From NCBI GenBank assembly GCA_964291675.2, contig OZ219866.1, positions 1,568,001 through 1,632,000 on the forward strand: a DNA stretch of 64,000 nt, written 5' to 3'. Position 1 is the first letter of the stretch. Every line of letters starts with the position of its first letter. Of the stretch, positions 9,421 to 18,297 are shown in pieces. A program made the position numbers and the translations under genes. Below the pieces are notes generated by a model that saw only the letters and a list, made by a program, of their open reading frames with translations, was not told the DNA's origin and ran no database searches. Origin of the DNA: Alphaproteobacteria bacterium (GTDB taxonomy: Bacteria; Pseudomonadota; Alphaproteobacteria; MPNO01).

Positions 9421-9920
9421 TTGATCTCCTTCCGCATTGCTTCAATGATTTTGACCGCCGATTCGTCACCCTTTCGTCCGGCGTACCAGTAGGTGACGAT
9501 CGCTGCCGCGACAGGCAGAATAGTCAGGAAGATGTCCTTGCCAGTGGCAATATCTCCGATTGCTAGCAAGTATCCGACCACGGCGGCGCCTACGAGGAAC
9601 AGGAACCCGGCGGCGATGTAGGTCACGGCGATCCGAACCGCGCTGCGCCGGTTCTCCCGCTTCGCATTCTCAACAGCTTCGGCGTCACTCTCGTTGCTGC
9701 TATCCGCATTGGTCGCGGCGGTCGCGGTTGCCGTTGCGGCAACCGGCATTGTTTCTGACTCCGATGATTCGGCAAGCTTGGCGGGCGAAGAATCTTCCGT
9801 AGGCTTGGGCTCTTTTGCCGAGGAGGTGTCCTCACTAGGTTTCCCGTCGTTGGGGTCAGCCTTGGATTCCTGTGACGTCTCAGTTGAGACGCTCTTGTTT
9901 TCGTCCTTGTCCTCAGCCAT
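9417..9920 (-). CDS. Membrane protein with acidic low-complexity N-terminus and two C-terminal TMs
   Basis: AGGAGG RBS; hydrophobic C-terminal helices. Confidence 0.7.
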   Translation of the reverse strand: MAEDKDENKSVSTETSQESKADPNDGKPSEDTSSAKEPKPTEDSSPAKLAESSESETMPVAATATATAATNADSSNESDAEAVENAKRENRRSAVRIAVTYIAAGFLFLVGAAVVGYLLAIGDIATGKDIFLTILPVAAAIVTYWYAGRKGDESAVKIIEAMRKEIK

Positions 9921-10186
9921 TCAGCACCTCCTAGCCTACACGGGCACGATTCCAAGGGCAGTCGCCGACAGTCGCCCTTTCCAATTCAAGCTGTTCGACA
10001 TTTACGAATCTGTCAAGTGTTTTACACACTCTTGACGTATTGAAGGTCGTTCCACATGATTTCTTTATGAAACAGTGCTGAGGGAATCGGCGCCCTAGGC
10101 AGTCCACCCGGCAATGGGCGGACCTACCGGGAGGTGTCAGAAGCCGGCCACACTAAACCGGGAAGGCGGCCCTCGCCGGAGGCTTA

Positions 10187-12103
10187 GAGTGCCAGGCTAA
10201 CTGGTGGAAGGGTAGCGGGTGAAAGTCCCGCGAAACGAAAGGAGTAGCCAACCACGTTTCTCCGCGAGCCGTGCATCGTCGGCCGTGAGGCCGGGGGTGA
10301 AGCGTCGGTAGCGGTGCATGCGGGCAGGGATATTGAGCGCCGAAAACGAGATGGTCCGAAGTGCCGAGACGTTTAAGCTCGTCGAAGGCAACATCGTCCA
10401 CACCGCAATATGGCGAGGTGTGGGGGAGCTTCGCGGCGTCGGGGACCCCATGCACGCATGTAAGCCCACCACCGGGACCTGGGAGGTCTTCACACTGCCC
10501 CGATGGTCGTATCGGGGCCGCGAAGGGAAGGAGGTATCCGAAGCCTGAGATGAACGGAGTGAAGAAGTCGGACGGGGCCATAGTACCGTCGAAGCGGGCG
10601 AACAACGGGGCGCGAGCCTCTGCGGAGTCCGTGGAGGAAAGGGCCTCGACCAAGGGGAATCCGCGAAGCGAAAGCACGCGCCGGACGCAGAGCCGGGAAA
10701 GCGTGACCCAGGCCGCCGAGCGGATACGTCAAGCTGCAACGAGGAAACCGCAGGAGAAACTGACGGCGCTCCTGCATCATGTCACGCCGGACGCGCTGCG
10801 CTGGGCCTTCCACGCGCTGAAGCGGGACGCCGCGGCGGGGGTGGACGGCATGACATGGGCCGAGTACGCGAACGGGCTGGAAGAGCGGCTGCTCGACCTG
10901 CACCGGCGCGTACAGTCCGGGGCGTATCGGGCGCCGCCGGTCCGGCGGGTAGAGATACCCAAGCCGGATGGCGGGACACGACCGCTCGGCGTCGCCGCGC
11001 TGGAGGACAAGATCGTCCAGAAGGCGGTGACGGAGATCATCCTGACGCCGATCTACGAGCCGGTCTTCCTCGGCTTCAGCTACGGGTTCCGACCGGGGCG
11101 CGGGGCGCATGACGCACTCGACGCGCTTGCTGTCGCCATCAATCGGCGGAAGGTCAACTGGGTGGTCGACTGCGACATCCAAAGGTTTTTCGATTCTGTT
11201 TCGCGGGACTGGCTCGTCCGGTTCCTTGAGCACCGGATCGGGGATCGGCGGGTGATCCGGCTGATCGCCAAGTGGCTGAAAGCCGGCGTCATGGTCGATG
11301 GCCGGTGGGAGGACACGCAGCAGGGCACGCCGCAAGGGGCGATCGTCTCAGCCACGCTGGCGAACGTGTATCTGCACTATGTCCTCGACCTCTGGTTCCA
11401 TCGCAAGTGGCGGCCCGAAAGGGCAGATGGCGATGCCATCATCGTACGCTACGCCGATGATGTGGTCGTCGGCTTCCAGCGCAAGAGGGACGCGGAACGC
11501 TTCCTGCATGCGCTTGGGGAACGGCTCGGCCAGTTCGATCTGGCCCTGCATCCGGCCAAGACCCGGCTCATCGAGTTCGGCAGGTTCGCGGAAGTGGACC
11601 GCCGGGCACGGGGGCTGGGCCGCCCGGAGACGTTCGACTTCCTGGGCTTCACGCACTATTGCAGGACGACCAGGAGCGGGCAGTTCGGGCTCGGACGCAA
11701 GCCCGTTGCAAAGCGGATGAGCCGCACCCTGAAGCGCATCGCGGAGGTTCTGCGGCGGCGCAGGCACCACGACCTCCACGAGGTCGCCCGGTGGCTGGGG
11801 CGGGTAGTCAACGGATGGCTGAACTACTACGCCGTCCCGACGAGTGCCCGCTTCCTGCGAAGCTTCACCTACATCCTGAAACGGATATGGCTGAAGGCGC
11901 TGCGCCGACGGTCGCAACGGGATCGCTTCAGCTGGCAACGGCTGCAAGCCCTGGTTGACCGATACTGGCCCAAGCCATGGATCCGACACCCGTGGCCGGG
12001 GCAGCGGTTCGACGTCAAATACCCGAGGTAGGAGCCGGATGGCTTAACGGCCACGTCCGGATCTGTGCGGGGGGCGCCGGGAAACCGGCGTCCCTACCGC
12101 GAC
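10187..12103 (+). mobile_element. Group II intron (bacterial class E-like), antisense to a DUF1353 pseudogene
   Basis: 5' GAGTGCCAGGCTAAC; domain V GAGCCGGATG..CACGTCCGGATCTG; domain VI ending CCCTACCGCGAC. Confidence 0.85.
10550..12031 (+). CDS. ltrA: Group II intron reverse transcriptase/maturase, no En domain
   Basis: IPKPDGGTRPLG, FSYGFRPGR, GTPQG, RYADD, FDFLGF; start uncertain (10550 or ~10703). Confidence 0.95.
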   Translation: MNGVKKSDGAIVPSKRANNGARASAESVEERASTKGNPRSESTRRTQSRESVTQAAERIRQAATRKPQEKLTALLHHVTPDALRWAFHALKRDAAAGVDGMTWAEYANGLEERLLDLHRRVQSGAYRAPPVRRVEIPKPDGGTRPLGVAALEDKIVQKAVTEIILTPIYEPVFLGFSYGFRPGRGAHDALDALAVAINRRKVNWVVDCDIQRFFDSVSRDWLVRFLEHRIGDRRVIRLIAKWLKAGVMVDGRWEDTQQGTPQGAIVSATLANVYLHYVLDLWFHRKWRPERADGDAIIVRYADDVVVGFQRKRDAERFLHALGERLGQFDLALHPAKTRLIEFGRFAEVDRRARGLGRPETFDFLGFTHYCRTTRSGQFGLGRKPVAKRMSRTLKRIAEVLRRRRHHDLHEVARWLGRVVNGWLNYYAVPTSARFLRSFTYILKRIWLKALRRRSQRDRFSWQRLQALVDRYWPKPWIRHPWPGQRFDVKYPR

Positions 12104-12510
12104 CGCGCGGAACACGTCGTCGGCGAATTCTCTGTTGCGCTCCAACCCGCCCTGGACGCGTCAGGTGGCGTAGTGCCAGTCATGCACCACACTGGCTTCG
12201 AGATGTGGACCGACACAGCCGACATACCAGCTCGCGACGCGCGGCACCGAAGCCAGATCGGTGCGGAAGCCGGCGGGAAGGCGTAGCGGAAGCGGGTATC
12301 GTTGCCCGCCGGCGCGGCTTTCGAGCGCGGCGATGGCTTCGTACGGCGCGGCGACGACGTAGAGCGCATCCCGGCCAGTGCGCCAATTCACCGCAGCGAT
12401 GCCGCGGCTCAAATGCAGCATGTTTTCGCATGGGAATTATATACCTGAGTGCCTTGAAACGGGAAGGCCGAATCACCATATAGTGCCTAAGGAATTGAGG
12501 GAGTTACCCG

Positions 12511-13467
12511 TTGGCACAGAAGGCACCCGGCAAGCATCACCGCGAAGGCATGACGCTGATGCAGGCGTGCGAGATGTTCCCGGACGACGCGATGGCCGAG
12601 GCATGGTTCGCGGCCAGGCGCTGGCCTGACGGAGCGCATTGCCCGTACTGCGGATCGGTCAACATCCTGTCCGGTGCGGTGCACAAGACGATGCCCTACC
12701 GCTGCCGCGAGAAGGAATGCCGCAAGCGATTCTCCGTCCGCACCGGAACCGCGATGGAAGAGTCGAAGCTGGGCTATCGCGTATGGGCGATGGCCCTTTA
12801 CCTGTTCTCGTCCAACCTCAAGGGTGTGAGCAGCATGAATCTCCACCGCGATCTTGGCATTACGCAGAAATCGGCGTGGTTCCTCGCCCACCGCATCCGC
12901 GAGGCATGGGGCGATTTCGGCGGCATGTTTGACGGCCCGGTTGAGGCCGATGAGTGCTACATCGGCGGCAAGCGGTAGAACATGAGCAACGCCAAGCGGA
13001 AGGAACTGGCGGGCACGGGCCGCGGCGCTGTCGGCAAAACCGCCGTGGTCGGCGTGAAGGATCGCGCGACCAATCGGGTTTCCGCCCGGACGGTCGAGCA
13101 TACCACCTCTCCCTATCTGGCGGGCTTCGTCGCCGAGAAGACGAAGATGGGCGCGACCGCCTACACCGACGATGCCACCGTCTACAACGCGCTCGGCCCG
13201 TGGTTCCGGCATGAGACCGTCAACCACAGCGCCCATGAGTACGTCCGAGGGCAGGCGCATACCAATGGCATCGAGTCGTTCTGGTCCATGCTCAAGCGCG
13301 GGATCGTCGGCACGTTCCACCATCTGAGCCCGCAGCATCTAGACCGCTACGTCGGCGAATTCTCCGGTCGCCACAACGTGCGGGATCGGAACACCATTGA
13401 TCAGATGTCATCGCTGGCGCGCGGTATGGTCGGCAAGCGGCTGATGTATCGCGATCTGATCGCGTAG
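12511..13467 (+). pseudogene. IS1595 transposase with an in-frame TAG at 12976
   Basis: CPYCGS zinc ribbon, VEADECYIGG, YTDD, HETVNHS, HTNGIESFWSMLKR. Confidence 0.9.
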
Positions 13468-13806
13468 CAATGCCTCCAGCGAAGATCATAGCGCTGGTTG
13501 TCTGTGCTGGATTGATTGTGGCGTTCGGCATCCGAGGGATCGCCGAGGGAGAATTTTGGACGGCCCTGCTGGCTGGCGGGTTCGCGGCTTGGTTGCTCTA
13601 CAATCTGTTCATGCCTAAGTAAAAAGACGCCCCGCTGGTTTGACGGCCAGCGCGGGACGGGTGAAGCGAAGACAGAAGCCCTCTCGGCGGAAGAACAATG
13701 CCGAAGGGGCTTCGTTATGTCCACCGAGAATCAAGTCAAAGTGGAAGTCGTCAACCAGACGAGCCGTGCTCTAGACTGTGTGGCGGTCCGTCGGCGTGGC
13801 GGCATT

Positions 13807-14052
13807 TCAGCGATGATCGTCGAGGCGGACGATGTTCACACCGTCGACGTGCACCGACTCCCCATCGTTCAGTATGATGCGAGCGTCGAGCGTCCCGCCC
13901 GTCAATCGGAACTTGCGGCCGAACACGGGCGCGAACTCGACTGATCCCCCGTCCGCGTATTCGATCCGCACGGAGAGCGGGGCGAGCGATTGATTGTCGA
14001 CCTCGACAACATCGCCCGCGCTGAGTGTCCATCCCAGATTCTTGTCGCTCAC
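13807..14052 (-). CDS. Hypothetical protein (IS cargo)
   Basis: AAGGAGG RBS before the GTG start. Confidence 0.6.
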   Translation of the reverse strand: MSDKNLGWTLSAGDVVEVDNQSLAPLSVRIEYADGGSVEFAPVFGRKFRLTGGTLDARIILNDGESVHVDGVNIVRLDDHR

Positions 14053-14080
14053 GGCAAGTCCTCCTTGTCGTGGGTGTTGA

Positions 14081-14110
14081 GAGCCCCGCCAGTGGCCGCT
14101 GGCGGGGCTC
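14081..14110. terminator. GC-rich hairpin after the lipoprotein gene
   Basis: GAGCCCCGCCAG-TGGCCG-CTGGCGGGGCTC; no clear U-tract. Confidence 0.5.
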
Positions 14111-14116
14111 CGTATT

Positions 14117-15670
14117 CTACTGGCGCGCCGCCCCGAACGCCGCCGTCAGGTCGGAGCGTTCAAGCGTGCCTGCCGCGCCCTCATGGGAGCGCCCAGTGAA
14201 GATGCCGGTGAGCGTACCGGCATCCCCTCCGGTCTGCCGGAACGTGTTGCCGCGCACCGCGATGGTGTAGCCGAGATCCCCGTCCAGCCATCGCGTGCCG
14301 GTGCCTGCGGCACCCGGCGCGGACCGCGCGACCCAGCTCTCCAGACTGGTGAAGTCGGCGGTGCCGGTCATCGTCGCGAGGTTGACCCCGATCGCCGCGT
14401 CCCCGGCGACCGCCTCGTCCGATGGGGTGAGCCCAAGCAATGCCCCGGTCCACGTTGCCGAGCCCGACAGTTGCCGGTTGTTGGCGAGCGTCGTGCTGGG
14501 CCGGATGCCGTAGGCCCATGGCTCGGCATAGCCGTTGCGCAGCGCGATGCCGAAGTTGGCGTGCGGGCCGTTGCCGTCGATGCGCCACGTCCGCGCATCC
14601 CACGGCCCGAAATCCTCGGGGCCATCACCTATGTCGAGACGGCTGTAGAGCGCGCGCAACGCCTCGCGATCCACTGGGAAGAGAACCGAGAGCGGCTTCG
14701 GCACGCCGTTCTGCTCGGCTTGGTGCATCGCTCCAGTGTGTTCCATGATTGTCGCGAATTGCGCCGAGACATGAGCGTCGACCCCGAGCGCGTGCAGGAG
14801 CTCATGGGCGAGCAAAGTGATGGCCTCGTGATCGCGCGGATACGAATTCGCGCCCATGTTGAACTGGATGTAGGCGTAGTGCCCCAGCGGCTAGCCCCAT
14901 GTCACGGCTGCTGATCCAGGCGGTCGCCGATAGTCGCTAGCCGGCACGAATTCCACGTCGATGGCATTGTCCCGCGCGTCGTTCGGCCCCTGGAAGCTGC
15001 CGCGGTCGCTAACCCTGTCCCGCAGGCTGGCACCCGGTGCTGGCGCGAGCACCTGAATCTTCGACCCTTCCGGCAGCGCGGCGTTCACCAACTGCACCGC
15101 ACGGATGGTTCGGTCGAGGTCGTTCGCACTTGCGGGGCCGACGACGCGCAATTGGGGTGGCCCATCGTACCGCTGCACCGTGCCCGCGATCGCTTCCGCG
15201 AGATAGGCGGAAACCACGTTGCTCCCCACGCCGTCCGGTATGCGGCCATGCCGAACCTCGACATCGCCCCGTTCTCCGACCACGGGAAGCGCGTCGGCGA
15301 GGTCGTGTTCGATCCGGGCGATGCTGTTTCCAACTGTGAAGGTGTCGAAGTAGCTCGCACCCTGGTCGACGCCGACCATCAGCCGGTTCGCGTCCTGGTA
15401 CACCGGCATCTGGCGGGCGTCGCCGGCCGCGAGGGGCGGCAATCCGTCGATGCTGTAAACGCCGTTCGGCTCGTAGGGGAACGCCAGACGCTCGACCGGG
15501 CGCGGCTCCGGTGGCGGCGGGTCAGGATCGGCCGGCCCGGTGGGCGGTGGATCTTCGGGCGGTGGCCGCATCGTGGTCACGGCGTCGCCTCCACCGCCTC
15601 CGCCACAACCAACGAGCATCAGGAAAGGGAACAGAACCACTACGCCAAGCACGCTTGCGAGCTTGCGCAT
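14117..15670 (-). pseudogene. Lipoprotein with HExxH zincin motif and transferrin-binding-protein-like C-terminal beta-barrel; single TAG at 14891
   Basis: Lipobox LVGC-GGGG, Pro-rich linker, AHELLHALG, C-terminal LTGIFTGRSHEGAAGTLERSDLTAAFGA; the two ORFs are in frame. Confidence 0.75.
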
Positions 15671-15715
15671 GGTGAGTCTCGGGTGCCCCGGCCCCGGAAT
15701 TGGTGCCGGGCCGTT

Positions 15716-15841
15716 TGCACTATCGCGCAGAGATTGCGGAAGCCCCGCGTATTCGCCCCGGCCGGGTAGCTACTCCCTGCCGTCGAACGGGCTCTTGTAT
15801 TGAGCGGGCGACCCGACATCGGGTCTCCGCGCGATAGTGCA
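15716..15841. ncRNA. Structured motif copy B
   Basis: TGCACTATCGCGC/GCGCGATAGTGCA outer stem, TCGCCC/GGGCGA stem, two inner hairpins. Confidence 0.65.
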
Positions 15842-15883
15842 GGGGGAAGCGTAGGCGCTGGATTGTTGGAAATCCAGAACTTT

Positions 15884-15916
15884 GGTCACTATAATATGGA
15901 GAGACGGACGGAGGGC
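15884..15916 (+). promoter_or_regulatory. Conserved -10 box and leader GGTCACTATAATATG...ACGGAGGGC
   Basis: Same GGTCACTATAATATG on the minus strand at ~18009-18023. Confidence 0.6.
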
Positions 15917-16138
15917 ATGGCTGCAATGGCGAGCAAGATCGTCACCTGCAAACTTCAACTCGACGAGGATGCGACACGGATAGCGGAAGCCGCGGCGGCA
16001 ATGCTGAAATCACAAGGGCGACCGTCCGACATCGACGCGATCGTTTCCAACGCTGTTCGCATCGCCTACGGCACCCGCGTCTCCGAGCTCGTCAAGGATG
16101 CCGGAGGAATGACGGTCAGCGATCTTGTCGGCCCCTGA
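15917..16138 (+). CDS. Small hypothetical protein, possibly ribbon-helix-helix-like
   Basis: GGAGGG RBS; beta-alpha-alpha-like pattern. Confidence 0.55.
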   Translation: MAAMASKIVTCKLQLDEDATRIAEAAAAMLKSQGRPSDIDAIVSNAVRIAYGTRVSELVKDAGGMTVSDLVGP

Positions 16139-16162
16139 ACGCGGAGAAAGACGGAGGGCGCG

Positions 16163-16336
16163 ATGTCAGAGACCAAGGGCGCGAAGCGGCGGAAGCCGCC
16201 GAGCAAGCATCAGCCGACGAAGGCCGAGATGGAAGAGGTCATCGTGATCGACGCGAGCCTCGACCAGCTCGCGAGCGCGGTGCTGGTGAGTGGGGCGAAG
16301 CGTCGGGAGCCCGAGAAGTCCGCCACCTCAAAGTGA
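16163..16336 (+). CDS. 57-aa basic protein associated with IS1595 elements
   Basis: Manual ORF MSETKGAKRRKPPSKHQPTKAEMEEVIVIDASLDQLASAVLVSGAKRREPEKSATSK; degraded paralog at 17794-17987. Confidence 0.7.
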   Translation: MSETKGAKRRKPPSKHQPTKAEMEEVIVIDASLDQLASAVLVSGAKRREPEKSATSK

Positions 16337-16356
16337 TCCTCGATCGCGGGATCTTG

Positions 16357-16920
16357 ATGCCCCGTCTGATCCCGCCAGTCGTTGCCCTGGCCCTCGTGCT
16401 CGCGGCACCAGCCAGCGCGGTGGAGAAGGCCACGGAGCGTGACCGTTCCCGCTTATGGAACGACTGTAGGCCAGTGGATGTGATAGTCGTTGGTTTGTCG
16501 GATGACGCTGGAAAGATCGGACTCCGCAGGAAGACCCTTGAGACGGCGGTGCGGAGTCGTCTGCGGGGTGCCCGCATTTATGACGGCATTCCGCCTGCTA
16601 GAGAGCCACGCTGGATCGGATGGAAGGTCGACCACGTCCGCTATGGCGAGCCATTCCTCTATCTGGATGTCAATGTTGTCGGCGTCGCTTTCGGCGTTGA
16701 AGTAGGATTTCGTAGATCCGTGATGATGCTGTTGCCGGTGCCGGATGGCATGGACCCGCTTGTTGGTCCGGCGACCACATGGGCGAGCGGCAGTACAGGC
16801 ACACACGGCGGCAATTCGTCCTATGTCCTGTCAGCCGTCACCGAACTTGTGGACGAATTTATCGACGAGTACCTCCGGGTGAACTGGGACGCCTGCGAGA
16901 AACTGCCCCCGGCCCAATAA
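16357..16920 (+). CDS. Exported protein, paralog of 5460..5975
   Basis: Signal peptide; ETAVRSRLRGARIYD. Confidence 0.8.
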   Translation: MPRLIPPVVALALVLAAPASAVEKATERDRSRLWNDCRPVDVIVVGLSDDAGKIGLRRKTLETAVRSRLRGARIYDGIPPAREPRWIGWKVDHVRYGEPFLYLDVNVVGVAFGVEVGFRRSVMMLLPVPDGMDPLVGPATTWASGSTGTHGGNSSYVLSAVTELVDEFIDEYLRVNWDACEKLPPAQ

Positions 16921-16938
16921 CTTCGAAGGAGAGGACGA

Positions 16939-17184
16939 ATGGCGGAACTGTGGCTGGTCACATGCCTTGAGAGCATGGAAGAAAAGTGGACCGAAGAAGT
17001 CCGTCTCTCGAACCAAGACATGCGAACGCTTTTGCAGATGCTCCTTTGCCGAACCCTTGAGCCCCATGAAATAATCGCTGCTGTGACAGGACGGCGCGAC
17101 CATCTGCTTGAAATCCGTCAAGAGGGCAACGGCATGTACACGGCAGCCAGCACCGTGTTGCACTACACGGCTCGGAAGGTATAG
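16939..17184 (+). CDS. Hypothetical protein (IS cargo)
   Basis: GGAGAGG RBS; ends just before the right TIR. Confidence 0.6.
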   Translation: MAELWLVTCLESMEEKWTEEVRLSNQDMRTLLQMLLCRTLEPHEIIAAVTGRRDHLLEIRQEGNGMYTAASTVLHYTARKV

Positions 17185-17307
17185 CCTCAAGGGCACTCAG
17201 GTATATAAGCCCCTTTCGTATCGAAGGTCGACCACGCGGATCGGCTCCGCCGGATACGCGCATGTCATCGTCGGTCCCGTCCCGGGCGCGCCCGGTCCGG
17301 CGGCGGG

Positions 17308-17562
17308 CTAGGGGCGCGCCTCGCCCACCGTGAACGCGTCATCCGCCATCTCGGGGTCCATCGAGGCCGCGTGCTCTTTCCTGTAGGCCGGCCACTTGTG
17401 ATTCCAAATGTCGGTGCCCGAGACGCCGAAATCCTCGTCCGTGATGTGGCCGCTCTTGCGCAGCTCGCAGTACAGACTGGGGCCCATCTTGACGCCGACA
17501 CGGGTCGGCGCCTGTCTCGCGATATCCGGGTCGATCTGCTGGAGTTGTTGTTGGACGTTCAT
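17308..17562 (-). CDS. Hypothetical protein
   Basis: 84-aa ORF with plausible composition. Confidence 0.55.
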   Translation of the reverse strand: MNVQQQLQQIDPDIARQAPTRVGVKMGPSLYCELRKSGHITDEDFGVSGTDIWNHKWPAYRKEHAASMDPEMADDAFTVGEARP

Positions 17563-17793
17563 GGCTTCGGATGGGGATTATATGCCTGAGTGCCCCGCGC
17601 GTCATTTGTACGCCATCCAGATGACGGCACCGACGACGACGGCAATGACGATCAGGACGGTCGTGAGGACGGCTTTCCAGAAGAACGCGATCAGAAACCC
17701 GGCGATCTTGCGGATGCTCGGGTCGCGGATGTAGGGCCGTAGGAGTTCCTCGACGACAATCGCTAGCGTTGACTGGCGGGAGCGTCTCCCCAT

Positions 17794-17987
17794 TCAGCGC
17801 GGGCCAGACGGGGACTGGGGCGCTTCCTCACCTTTGATGGGCTCCCGGCGTTTCGCTCCGACCGCCTGCACCGAGCCCGCGAGCTGGTCGAGCGTCGCGT
17901 CGATCACGAGGTACTCTTCCATCTCGACCTTCGTCGCCTGATGCTAGTTCGGCGGCTTCCGTCGCGTCGCGCCCTTGTCTCTGACAT
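17794..17987 (-). pseudogene. Paralog of the 57-aa ORF (frameshift + TAG)
   Basis: HQATKVEMEEYLVIDATLDQLAGSV. Confidence 0.7.
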
Positions 17988-18066
17988 CGCGCCCTCCGTT
18001 TGTCGCTTCATATTATAGTGACCGCACCGCTGGCCTTGCAGCAGTCCAGCGGCTACGTCTTCCCCA

Positions 18067-18194
18067 GCAAACGCGCAAGTTGCGATCCCGCTCTGCCGGG
18101 TCGCCATCTGGATACAACAGCCCTTGACCCGGCGGGGATCGCTCCCGCGCGCGGCGAATATGCGGGGAACGCACACGCCACTTAAGACGTTTGC
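18067..18194. ncRNA. Structured motif copy C (inverted relative to A and B)
   Basis: Reverse complement GCAAACG..TATTCGCC..GGGTCAAGGGCTGTTGTATCCAGATGGCGACCCGGCAGAGCGGGA..CGTTTGC. Confidence 0.65.
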
Positions 18195-18297
18195 AACGGC
18201 CCGGCTCTATCGCCGGGGCCGGGTGACACAGCGGGAGAGGGGCATGCGCAGAGTGTGCGGGGTGCTTACTGCGTTCGTGGTCAGTGGTAGTTTGATC

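Larger units (their letters stand above)
12432..17213 (+). mobile_element. IS1595 family cargo-carrying element (4.78 kb)
   Basis: 22-bp TIRs GGGAATTATATACCTGAGTGCC / GGCACTCAGGTATATAAGCCCC; 8-bp TSD TTTCGCAT / TTTCGTAT. Confidence 0.9.
12104..17268 (-). pseudogene. DUF1353 gene split by the IS1595 element (17214-17268 + 12104-12431)
   Basis: Rejoining at the TSD gives MTCAYPAEPIRVVDLRYENMLHL...PAGFRTDLASVP...ASVVHDWHY; internal TGA. Confidence 0.75.

Noticed and set aside
10102-10125. Alternative intron 5' end GTCCACCCGGCAATGGGCG
   Set aside because: 10187 (GAGTGCCAGGCTAAC followed by GGGTGAAAGTCCC) fits class E-like intron starts better
10361-12031. RT as a retron, DGR or defence RT
   Set aside because: Domain V/VI RNA, maturase domain and YADD context identify a group II intron; no TR/VR pair was seen
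15750-15812. True tRNA gene
   Set aside because: Three-way rather than four-way junction, no anticodon arm or GTTCRA; kept only as tRNA-like
1545-17987. Repeated in-frame TAG codons (BON x2, IS1595 tnp, lipoprotein, 57-aa paralog) suggesting amber recoding
   Set aside because: Intact genes here end at TAG (IS110 at 8354, Sel1 at 35883), and several affected genes carry other lesions; ordinary nonsense mutation is simpler
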